Of a DNA stretch of 64,000 bases, positions 22,301 through 30,195 are shown one piece after another; position 1 is the stretch's first letter; every line of letters starts with the position of its first letter. The stretch is taken from the NCBI GenBank assembly GCA_964250845.1, contig CAXUIG010000002.1:13149-77148 (forward strand). The letters are read 5' to 3'. The stretch comes from an uncultured bacterium (GTDB lineage Bacteria; Cyanobacteriota; Cyanobacteriia; Cyanobacteriales; Chroococcidiopsidaceae). The notes beneath the pieces are model-generated. The model saw nothing but the letters and a program-made list of their open reading frames with translations. It was not told the origin of the DNA and did not search any database. The position numbers and the translations under genes are program-made.

Positions 22301-25300
22301 GGTTGAATAGCTTGTTGTTGCGCTAATTGCTGTGAAGAATTTTCTTGTTCGCTTGTGGATAAATGCTTCCAGTCAACAACTGAGACTGTCCAATTCGTTT
22401 GTGTTTGAATGATTTGAGAAGGTTTTCCATCAACTGTAATGAAGTTTGTGCGTAATGCTTCGTGGCGATAAATAATTTGTTGTAAGCTTTGTTCTAAGGC
22501 TGCAACCTTGAGATCTCCTACTAGATGCAACGCTATGGGTATGTTATAGAAGGAGCTATTCGGCTGTAACTGGTCTAAAAACCACAAACGCTGTTGAGCA
22601 AATGACAGTGGTAATTCTGCATTCTTTGGTCTTGGTAAGATGGCTGGGGAAATTAGTTCTAAGTTTTGTTGCTGCGATCGCCCAATCTCTTGTGCCAATT
22701 CGGCAACTGTTGCTGCTGCAAACAGGCTACGCAATGGTAGTTCTACTTTCAAGCTGGTGCGGATGCGTGAGAGCAGTTGAGTTGCTAGTAGTGAGTGTCC
22801 CCCAAGTTCAAAGAAGTTATCGTAAATACCCACTTGCTTTACTTTCAGCACTTGCGCCCAAATTTGTGCCACCATCTCTTCAATTGGAGTGCGCGGAGCG
22901 ACAAATTTTTCTAGCAGTGTGCTGTCTAACTCTGGTTTTGGCAGTGCGCGGCGGTCTACTTTGCCGTTAGATGTCAGGGGTAAGGACTCCAGCACCACAA
23001 AAGTGTTTGGCATCATGTATTCGGGTAGCTTCTTTTGTAGGAAGCGGCGAACCTCGCTGAGTAATAAACTCGAACTGCTCCAGGTCGGTTTTACAGAATC
23101 ACAGACTAACCTGCTACCAGGCTCCTCTGGGAGGTACTGGTTTATAGATGGTCGTCTAGCATAGATATTGTAGAGTTCAGTATCTTCCAGTAAAACATCC
23201 TGCTCAATAATTAGGTCGTATCCATGTTTTTTTAGCAGCGCTGCAATCTCCTCTAACCTACCATTGATGTTATGAATCTCTACAACTATCTGCTGGATTT
23301 TTTGCCAATGTTCTTGCTGGATGCCAGAAAGCACATCCTGCTCACTTTTCTCCACGTCGATTTTCAGCAAATTGATCCTCTCAACGCCATGCTCACGAAT
23401 CACATCAGAAATTGTTCTTAAGTGGCAAGTGAATTGCTGACTCTGTAATCGTTCTGCTAGCAGTTCATCAATTGCCTGACTCGATACTGCTGTCTCATTT
23501 GCTACGATCTTTTGTTGGTTGAGCAAAAAGGATTTGATCACCTCTCGCTCTTGAGCAGCATCAGCAAAGCGTCCAGAAATAACGGAAACCTGAGGATAAT
23601 ATGTAAACGTGTCACTCTTTGTCTCGCTGGAAAGACCAAGATTAAACAGCTTCACATTTAAGCCATAGCCCTCAGTATTTATGCGTAATAGATCAAAAAC
23701 AGGCGGAATTGGCTCAAATGCGTAAATAGAAATATCTTTACATATTTGACCCACGAAGAGTGAGAACAGACCGATATTAGCACCTACATCAAAGATGCAA
23801 TCCCCTTCATTGATAGTGATGCCATGTTTTAAATAAGCTTGTTCCTCCCAAAGTTCTTTGTAGACAAATTCTGTCTCGTTTTTATTCAGATGGGCAATCA
23901 CCATGCCATTCGGCAACTCATAGAGTAACACTTCATTAAGCAGACCTTTGTTTTTAAAACGAAGTAGTTGTAAAATTGGGAAGGCATACTCTTGGTTGGG
24001 AACAATATAGGCTACCAGACGCTTATTGTCAGGATCGTCCTCTCGGGCGACTACTACAGTTTCCCCTACAGCCAGGTGTTGTGTTAACGCTGACTCGATT
24101 TCTCCAAGTTCGATGCGGAAGCCGCGAATCTTCACTTGTTGATCAATGCGCCCTAAGTACTCCAACTCGCCATTGGGCAAGTAACGTGCTAAGTCGCCGG
24201 ATTTATATAGTCGGGCTTTTGAGTTGTTGTTAAAAGGGTTAGAAATAAACCTTTGTCCTGTCAGTTCAGGGCGATTCAGATAGCCACGCGCCACCCCAGC
24301 ACCACCGATGTACATCTCGCCTGCAACTCCAATTGGCACTGGCTGTAAATGTTCATCTAGCACATACACCTGTAAATCGGGAATCGGACGACCAATTACA
24401 CTTGCAGTACCATTCAGATCGGCTTTACTCAATGGACGATAAGTGACGTGTACAGTGGTTTCCGTAATCCCGTACATATTCACTAACTGGGGTGACTTGT
24501 CGCCATGCCGCTCAAACCAAGGCTGCAAACTCTTCAGTTCTAAGGCTTCTCCACCGAAAATAACTAAGCGCAAGTTCAAATCGTTAGCAGTTTTTATTGA
24601 CTGTTCTGCTTGAATTAACTGGCGGAAGGCTGAAGGTGTCTGATTGAGAATTGTGACTTTATCTTGACGCAATAATTCTAAGAAGGATTCTGGCGATCGC
24701 GTCACTAAGTAAGGCACTACTACCAGTCGTCCACCATAAAGCAAAGCACCCCAAATTTCCCACACGGAAAAGTCGAATGCATAAGAGTGGAACATTGTCC
24801 ACACATCATCTTGATTGAAGTGATACCAGGAATTTGTGGCTGCAAATAGACGCACAACATTGTAGTGGTTGACTAAAACGCCTTTGGGTTTTCCTGTGGA
24901 ACCTGAAGTGTAGATGACGTATGCTAGATTACTGGGTGTCGCGGTGTTTTTCGGGTTTGACTCGCTCTTTTGAGCAATTTTTTCCCAGTCGGTGTCTAAG
25001 CAGACGACACGCGCCTGATTGGGAACAGACTCTACTAATTGCTGTTGGGTCAGCAGCACCGAAACTTGAGCATCTTCTAACATGAAGCTTAAACGCTCAG
25101 TCGGATACTCTGGGTCAAGTGGCACATAAGCCCCACCCGCTTTGAGAATTCCCAAAAGTCCCACTACCATCTCTAGTGAGCGTTCTACACACAACCCCAC
25201 CAGCACATCCGCTCCCACGCCCAAAGACTGCAAGTAATGCGCCAAATGGTTAGCGCGACAGTTCAACTGGTGGTAGGTTAGTTGTTGATTGCCAAACACA

Positions 25301-28300
25301 ACTGCCACAGCATCCGGGGTACGCTGAACTTGCTCCTCAAACAACTGATGGATACACTCATCCAGGGCATAATCCGCCTGAGTATCATTCCACCCAATGA
25401 GTAACTGCTGTTGCTCAACTTCTGTTAACAGCGGCATTTGAGAAATTCGCTGAATAGGATTAGCAATAATACCTTCAAGCAATGTCACAAAATGACCCGT
25501 TATTCGCTCAATCGTAGATGCATCAAACAAGTCAGTGTTATATTCCCACCACCCCACTAGTCCAGTAGCAGTGTTCTCCATTGCTAAAGCCACATCAAAC
25601 TTTGCCGTTGCGCCTTCTGTTGGCAATGAACTGACACTTAACCCAGTCAACTCCAATTGAGACATAGGAGAATTCTCCAGCGCAAACATCACTTGAAACA
25701 GTGGTGTATGGCTGAGGTCTCTTTGTGGCTGCAATGCCTCAACTAACATTTCAAAAGGCAAGTCCTGATGAGAGTATGCATCCATCGCCATTTCTCTAAC
25801 GCGACCCAGTAATTCGCTAAAGCTAGGATTACCTGCCAAGTTGGTACGCATCACTAAAGTGTTGACAAAAAAGCCAATTAATCCTTCGATTTCACTGCGA
25901 TTGCGATTGGCAATGGGAGACCCTACCAAAATATCTGATTGTCCTGTGTAGCGGTAAAGTAAGGTATCAAACGCTGCCAACAGCGTCATGAACAAAGTAA
26001 CTCCTTGTTGCTGGCTCAGTTGTATAAGCCTACCAGTTAGCTCAAGTGAAAGTGCAAACTTTTGATATGCCCCACAGAAAGTCTGCACAGCTGGTCTAGG
26101 TCGGTCAGCTGGTAGCGACAATAAAGCTGGTGCGTTTGCCAGTTGTTGTTGCCAATAGGTCAGTTGGCTTTGCAGTACATCTCCTTGCAACCACTGTCGC
26201 TGCCAGATGGCGAAATCTGCGTACTGAATCGGCAGTGGCGCTAACGGTGAGGGCTGACCTTGAGAATAAGCATTGTACAGCGCTGCTAGTTCTTGGACAA
26301 ACACGCCCATTGACCAGTCATCAGAGACAACATGATGCATACACACTAGTAAAATATGTTCTGTCTCGGACAGCCCTACCAATGTCGCTCTGATTAATGA
26401 TTGAGTTGCCAAATCAAAAGGTTGTTGTGCTTGTTGTTGCGCTAATTGCTGTCTTGCAATTTCTTTTTCGCCTGGTGGCAGATCTTGCCAGTCAATAATT
26501 GATATTGTCCAATTCGTTTCTGTCTGAATGATTTGAGAAGGTTTTCCATCAACTGTGATGAAGTTGGTGCGTAATGCTTCGTGGCGTTCAATGATTGAGC
26601 GCAAGCTTTGTTCTAAGGCTGTCACTCTCAGAGTTCCTTGAAGACGCAAAGCTAAGGGTATGTTGTAGAAGGCGCTGAGAGGCTGTAACTGGTCTAAAAA
26701 CCACAAACGCTGTTGGGCAAATGACAGCGGTAATTGTGCATCCCTTGCCCTTGGTAAGATGGGTAGGGAAGTTTGTTCTAAGCTTTGTTGCTGCAAATGC
26801 CCCGTCTCTTGTGCCAATTCGGCAACTGTCGCTGCCGCAAACAGACTACGCAATGGTAGTTCTACTTTCAAGCTGGTGCGAATGCGTGAAAGCAGTTGGG
26901 TTGCTAGTAGCGAATGTCCCCCAAGTTCAAAGAAGTTATCATGAATGCCTACTTGCTCTACTTTCAGCACTTGTGCCCAAATTTGTGCCAGCATTTCTTC
27001 AGTTGGAGTGCGTGGGGCTACAAATTTTTCTGGCAGTGTGCTGTCTAACTCTGGTTTTGGCAGTGCGCGGCGGTCTACTTTGCCGTTAGACGTTAGGGGT
27101 AAGGATTCCAGCACCACAAAAGTGTTTGGCACCATATAACCTGGCAGTTGGTTGGCGAGGAACTGACGCAGTTCTTGGGCTGTGGGAGATTGTTCCACCT
27201 TAGGCACCACGTAAGCCACTAGACGTTTGTCGTCAGGTTCATCCTCTCGTACCACCACTACGCTTTCCCAAACTGTTGGGTGTTGCGCTAGTAATGCTTC
27301 AATTTCTCCCAACTCAATGCGGAAGCCACGAATCTTTACTTGCTGGTCTACTCGCCCTAAATACTCTAACTCGCCATTGGGCAAATAACGCGCTAAGTCC
27401 CCTGTTTTATAGAGGCGTTCGGAATTAAAGGATTGGTCTTCTGTATCACCTCTGCCCCCTTGCTCCCCTGCACAAGAGCTTTTTTGGAAGGAGTTAGAGA
27501 TAAACCGTTCTACTGTAAGTTCGGGACGATTCAGATAGCCACGCGCCACTCCAGCACCACCGATGTACATCTCGCCTGCAACTCCAATTGGCACTGGCTG
27601 TAAATGTTCATCCAACACATACACCTGTAAGTCCCGAATCGGACGACCAATTACACTTGCCGTGCCATTCAAATCGGCTTTGCTTAATGGACGATAAGTG
27701 ACGTGTACAGTAGTTTCCGTAATCCCGTACATATTCACTAACTGGGGCGACTGGTCACCGTGCCCCTCAAACCAAGGCTGCAAACTCTTCAGTTCAAGGC
27801 TCTCTCCACCGAAGATAACCAGGCGCAACTTCAAATCGCCAACAATTGCTTTAGAGTGTTCGGCTTGAATTAACTGGCGGAAGGCTGAAGGTGTTTGATT
27901 GAGAATTGTTACTTTCTCTTGACACAACAACTGATAGAAGGATTCTGGCGATCGCGTGACTAAGTAAGGCACTACTACCAGTCTTCCACCATAAAGCAAA
28001 GCACCCCAAATTTCCCACACTGAAAAGTCGAAGGCGTAAGAGTGGAACAGTGTCCATACATCCTGTTGGTTGAAGTGATACCAGGAATTTGTGGCTGCAA
28101 ATAGACGCACAACATTGTAGTGGTTGACTAAAACGCCTTTGGGTTTTCCTGTGGAACCTGAAGTGTAGATGACGTATGCTAAGTTGTCAGTTTTAGAGCC
28201 ACTAACGGGATTGTCTTCAGCTTCAGCACACCCTCTCCACCCTGTATCTAAGCAGACTACACACGCTCCATATTCCGGCAGGCTAGTCAGCAATTTCTCT

Positions 28301-30195
28301 TGAGTCAACAGGACTGATACCTGTGAATCATTCAGCATATAAGCCAAGCGTTCTTGGGGATATGTTGGGTCTAACGGCACATAAGCCCCTCCCGCTTTGA
28401 GAATTCCCAAAAGTCCCACCACCATCTCTAGTGAGCGTTCAACACACAACCCAACCAGCACATCCGCTCCCACGCCCAAGGAGCGCAAGTAATGTGCCAA
28501 CTGATTAGCGCGACAATTCAACTGGTGGTAGGTCAGTTGTTGATTTTCATACACCACTGCCACTGCATCGGGTGTACACTGAACCTGCTCTTCAAACAAC
28601 TGATGGATACACTTATCCTGGCGATACTCCACCTGTGTGTTGTTCCACTCGACGAGTAACTGCTGTTGTTCAGGTTGTGTCAGCAGAGGCAATTGCGAAA
28701 TCTGCTGTTGTGGATTAGCCACAATCTCTTCAAGTAAAGTCACAAAATGCCCTGCCATCCGCTCGATAGTGCTGGCATCAAAAAGGTCAGTGTTGTACTT
28801 GAAAATCCCGGCTAAAGAAGAACGGCCTTCTGCGAGCGTCAAATTTAGATCAAACTGACCCTCCATCTGGGGCATTTCAAAAGGTTTGAGTTTAATTCCT
28901 TCTTTATCTACTTCACCTCCTAACCACAGTTGTTGTGTATGCTCAAACTGCCCCAAGTTCTGGAAAAGGAAGTTGAATACAGCCTGAAAGATAGGAGAGC
29001 GGCTCGGATCGCGCTGTGGCTGCAATCGCTCTACCAGTAGAGCAAAGGGAAAATCCTGATGCGCCAATGCTTCTGATACTGTTTGGCAAACTTGAGTCAG
29101 AAACTCTTGAAAACTGGGATTTCCTGAAAGATTCGCCCGCATAACCACTGGATCGACAAAATAGCCCACTAGTGGCACAAATTCAGGTTGAGTTCTACCT
29201 GACGTGGGCGCACCAACCAGAATATCCTCTTGCCTCGTATAACGATACAAGAGAACCTGAAATGCAGCTAGGAGAACTATGTATTGGGTCACGCCTTCTG
29301 TTTGAGCTAGCTCTTTCAGTTGTTCTGTGAGCTTTTGAGATATTTTGAAATTATGAGAAGCGCCGTTGTAGGTTTGTATGGGTGGTCTTGGTCTATCTGT
29401 TGGCAAGTTAAGTACAGGCAATTCCCCTGTCAGTTTTTGCTGCCAGTAGTTCCACAGTTTTTCTCCTTGAGCACTGGTTAATAATTCTCTTTGCCAACGA
29501 ACGTAATCTATATAGGAGTGATTTAGAGCAATTAGAGATGGCTGAACACCTGACTCTAGTGCAAGATAGACCGTTATTAACTCTTCTATTATTAATATTA
29601 CAGACCAAGCATCAACAGCAATATGATGTATGGTCATTAACAGTATATGTTCCTGCTGCGAGCAAGTGAACAAACGCACCCGCATCATTGAGTCGTTTTC
29701 GATGTTGAAGGGTTGTTGGTGTGACTGAAAAACTCCTTGCTCAAGCTCCTGTTCTCTCCAGGTACAGGCATTTATCTGCTGAAAATATGTGAACTGAGTT
29801 TGATGAATCTGTTGAACAACATTATTACCTTGCTTAAAAAACTTACTACGCAATTGCGGATGACGGTCAAGAATAACCTGGAAACTCTGTTGTAAAGTCG
29901 TAACATTTACAGGAAAACAGATACGACATGTAAAAGATACGTTGTAGGCTACGCTTTCAGGTGCTAATTGCCATAAAAACCACAGTGCTTGTTGACCGTA
30001 GGAAAGAGGATAAATATTTAAAATATCTGAGCGATCGCGCAGTAAATGTAAAATTTCAGTTTTGTGCTGTTGTAATTGAGCAATTACATCAGGAGTCAAT
30101 ACACTTTCGGAACCATCTATTAGTAATTTTTCTCCATCATGTCCCAACTCAATTCCTTGAAAAGAAAGGTGTTCTAGAAATTGTAATAGATTCAT
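19384..30195 (-). CDS. Trimodular NRPS: TubC-like dock-C-A(Thr)-T / C-A(Thr, interrupted by an FkbM-type methyltransferase)-T / C-A(Phe-like)-T.
   Basis: ORF track, 3603 aa. N-terminus: MNLLQFLEHLSFQGIELGHDGEKLLIDGSESVLTPDVIAQL (docking fold). C motifs: HHIAVDAWS, HHVVSDDWS, HHIVSDGWS. A motifs: YTSGSTGKPKG, YKTGD, GRxDxQVKIRGFRIELGEIE. T: FFELGGHSLL, three times. Hand-read codes: DFWNIGMVHK (twice, the canonical Thr code) and DAWTIAAVCK (Phe-like). ATGA overlap with the upstream PKS at 30192-30195. Confidence 0.95.
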   Translation of the reverse strand: MNLLQFLEHLSFQGIELGHDGEKLLIDGSESVLTPDVIAQLQQHKTEILHLLRDRSDILNIYPLSYGQQALWFLWQLAPESVAYNVSFTCRICFPVNVTTLQQSFQVILDRHPQLRSKFFKQGNNVVQQIHQTQFTYFQQINACTWREQELEQGVFQSHQQPFNIENDSMMRVRLFTCSQQEHILLMTIHHIAVDAWSVILIIEELITVYLALESGVQPSLIALNHSYIDYVRWQRELLTSAQGEKLWNYWQQKLTGELPVLNLPTDRPRPPIQTYNGASHNFKISQKLTEQLKELAQTEGVTQYIVLLAAFQVLLYRYTRQEDILVGAPTSGRTQPEFVPLVGYFVDPVVMRANLSGNPSFQEFLTQVCQTVSEALAHQDFPFALLVERLQPQRDPSRSPIFQAVFNFLFQNLGQFEHTQQLWLGGEVDKEGIKLKPFEMPQMEGQFDLNLTLAEGRSSLAGIFKYNTDLFDASTIERMAGHFVTLLEEIVANPQQQISQLPLLTQPEQQQLLVEWNNTQVEYRQDKCIHQLFEEQVQCTPDAVAVVYENQQLTYHQLNCRANQLAHYLRSLGVGADVLVGLCVERSLEMVVGLLGILKAGGAYVPLDPTYPQERLAYMLNDSQVSVLLTQEKLLTSLPEYGACVVCLDTGWRGCAEAEDNPVSGSKTDNLAYVIYTSGSTGKPKGVLVNHYNVVRLFAATNSWYHFNQQDVWTLFHSYAFDFSVWEIWGALLYGGRLVVVPYLVTRSPESFYQLLCQEKVTILNQTPSAFRQLIQAEHSKAIVGDLKLRLVIFGGESLELKSLQPWFEGHGDQSPQLVNMYGITETTVHVTYRPLSKADLNGTASVIGRPIRDLQVYVLDEHLQPVPIGVAGEMYIGGAGVARGYLNRPELTVERFISNSFQKSSCAGEQGGRGDTEDQSFNSERLYKTGDLARYLPNGELEYLGRVDQQVKIRGFRIELGEIEALLAQHPTVWESVVVVREDEPDDKRLVAYVVPKVEQSPTAQELRQFLANQLPGYMVPNTFVVLESLPLTSNGKVDRRALPKPELDSTLPEKFVAPRTPTEEMLAQIWAQVLKVEQVGIHDNFFELGGHSLLATQLLSRIRTSLKVELPLRSLFAAATVAELAQETGHLQQQSLEQTSLPILPRARDAQLPLSFAQQRLWFLDQLQPLSAFYNIPLALRLQGTLRVTALEQSLRSIIERHEALRTNFITVDGKPSQIIQTETNWTISIIDWQDLPPGEKEIARQQLAQQQAQQPFDLATQSLIRATLVGLSETEHILLVCMHHVVSDDWSMGVFVQELAALYNAYSQGQPSPLAPLPIQYADFAIWQRQWLQGDVLQSQLTYWQQQLANAPALLSLPADRPRPAVQTFCGAYQKFALSLELTGRLIQLSQQQGVTLFMTLLAAFDTLLYRYTGQSDILVGSPIANRNRSEIEGLIGFFVNTLVMRTNLAGNPSFSELLGRVREMAMDAYSHQDLPFEMLVEALQPQRDLSHTPLFQVMFALENSPMSQLELTGLSVSSLPTEGATAKFDVALAMENTATGLVGWWEYNTDLFDASTIERITGHFVTLLEGIIANPIQRISQMPLLTEVEQQQLLIGWNDTQADYALDECIHQLFEEQVQRTPDAVAVVFGNQQLTYHQLNCRANHLAHYLQSLGVGADVLVGLCVERSLEMVVGLLGILKAGGAYVPLDPEYPTERLSFMLEDAQVSVLLTQQQLVESVPNQARVVCLDTDWEKIAQKSESNPKNTATPSNLAYVIYTSGSTGKPKGVLVNHYNVVRLFAATNSWYHFNQDDVWTMFHSYAFDFSVWEIWGALLYGGRLVVVPYLVTRSPESFLELLRQDKVTILNQTPSAFRQLIQAEQSIKTANDLNLRLVIFGGEALELKSLQPWFERHGDKSPQLVNMYGITETTVHVTYRPLSKADLNGTASVIGRPIPDLQVYVLDEHLQPVPIGVAGEMYIGGAGVARGYLNRPELTGQRFISNPFNNNSKARLYKSGDLARYLPNGELEYLGRIDQQVKIRGFRIELGEIESALTQHLAVGETVVVAREDDPDNKRLVAYIVPNQEYAFPILQLLRFKNKGLLNEVLLYELPNGMVIAHLNKNETEFVYKELWEEQAYLKHGITINEGDCIFDVGANIGLFSLFVGQICKDISIYAFEPIPPVFDLLRINTEGYGLNVKLFNLGLSSETKSDTFTYYPQVSVISGRFADAAQEREVIKSFLLNQQKIVANETAVSSQAIDELLAERLQSQQFTCHLRTISDVIREHGVERINLLKIDVEKSEQDVLSGIQQEHWQKIQQIVVEIHNINGRLEEIAALLKKHGYDLIIEQDVLLEDTELYNIYARRPSINQYLPEEPGSRLVCDSVKPTWSSSSLLLSEVRRFLQKKLPEYMMPNTFVVLESLPLTSNGKVDRRALPKPELDSTLLEKFVAPRTPIEEMVAQIWAQVLKVKQVGIYDNFFELGGHSLLATQLLSRIRTSLKVELPLRSLFAAATVAELAQEIGRSQQQNLELISPAILPRPKNAELPLSFAQQRLWFLDQLQPNSSFYNIPIALHLVGDLKVAALEQSLQQIIYRHEALRTNFITVDGKPSQIIQTQTNWTVSVVDWKHLSTSEQENSSQQLAQQQAIQPFDLARLALVRATLVVLNETKYVLLVCMHHIVSDGWSMGVFVQELAALYNAYSQGQPSPLAPLPIQYADFAIWQRQWLQGDVLQSQLTYWQQQLANAPALLSLPADRPRPAVQTFCGAYQKFALSLELTGRLIQLSQQQGVTLFMTLLAAFDTLLYRYTGQSDILVGSPIANRNRSEIEGLIGFFVNTLVMRTNLAGNPSFSELLGRVREMAMDAYSHQDLPFEMLVEALQPERDLGHTPLFQVMFVLENSPMPQVELTGLSVTPLMTASTTAKFDLTLAMENTATGLVGWWAYNTDLFDASTIERMTGHFVTLLEGIVTNPKERISQLPLLTQPEQQQLLVEWNDIADYPQNKCIHQLFEEQVQRTPHAVAVVFENQQLTYQQLNCRANQLAHYLRSFGVKPDQLVGLCLERSLLMVIGLLGILKAGGAYVPLDPEYPQERLSFMLEDAQVSVLLTQQRLVDKLPEDQANLVCLDEVWEQIIHNNQDNPVSKVRAFHLANVIYTSGSTGKPKGVMVEHTGLCNLAQAQIQTFGLHSSSRVLQFASLSFDASIWEVVMALGSGATLYLGTKDSLLPGIPLIERLRNYCITHITLPPSALAVMPIEELPALQTMIVAGEACSVELIRQWSANRDFFNAYGPTEATVCATIAKCTDGDEKISIGRAIANTQIYILDEYLQLVPVGVPGELHIGGVGLARGYLNRPELTQERFITNPFCSGRLYKTGDLARYLADGNIEYLGRIDNQVKIRGFRIEVGEIETVLSQHGDVQICCVIAREETSGNKRLVAYVVPQKEVTATTSELRQFLSNKLPGYMVPTAFVILESLPLTPNGKLDRRALPDPDLHQELSDYVMPNTEVERIIAGIWQKALEVEKVGIYNNFFELGGHSLLLVRINQQLQEIFGLELSIVDMFNYPNIHNLSQFLSSKIQTGNNETEYPIKKNNFRTQSTSESKAFRNQQLQLRQQYLSQRKGEK
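21631..22200. repeat. Intragenic near-identical repeat (C-domain segment), copy A.
   Basis: It aligns with 25750-26319 at a constant offset of 4119 nt. Positions 21844-22164 are identical base for base to 25963-26283 (321 nt, checked by eye). Confidence 0.9.
23040..23995 (-). other. FkbM-family methyltransferase domain inserted between A-domain core motifs A8 and A9 of module 2.
   Basis: The insert lies between RLVAYIVPNQ and LPEYMMPNTFVVLESLPLTSNGK. It contains CIFDVGANIGLFSL and LLKIDVEKSE, which are FkbM-type signatures. Confidence 0.8.
25750..26319. repeat. Intragenic near-identical repeat (C-domain segment), copy B.
   Basis: See copy A. More diverged relatives of the same segment occur at about 4440-4790 and 10890-11240 in the neighbouring NRPS gene. 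Confidence 0.9.
27441..27480. repeat. Second copy of the small G-rich dispersed repeat, inserted in frame in an A-domain loop.
   Basis: It contains tgctcccctgcacaaga at 27461-27477 and encodes FQKSSCAGEQGGRGDTEDQSFNSE just before YKTGD. The paralogous Thr modules lack this insert. Confidence 0.7.

Noticed and set aside
26299-26325. HHVVSDDWS (Gly to Asp in the HHxxxDG core) as evidence that the second C domain is inactive. HHIAVDAWS and HHVVSDAWS occur elsewhere.
   Set aside because: The catalytic second His and the Asp are retained. The Gly position varies (G/A/D) among the otherwise intact paralogous C domains here, so this is not a convincing inactivation.
4474-27139. Many 60-120-aa plus-strand ORFs inside the minus-strand NRPS genes (e.g. 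4474..4779, 10945..11271, 11682..12017, 22011..22274, 22602..22970, 26130..26393, 26721..27089). They have recurring peptides such as ECPPSSKKLS.
   Set aside because: They are antisense shadows of conserved NRPS motifs. ECPPSSKKLS is the reverse-strand reading of DNFFELGGHS. They recur only because the modules are paralogous, and they are fully contained in long, motif-rich ORFs on the other strand.
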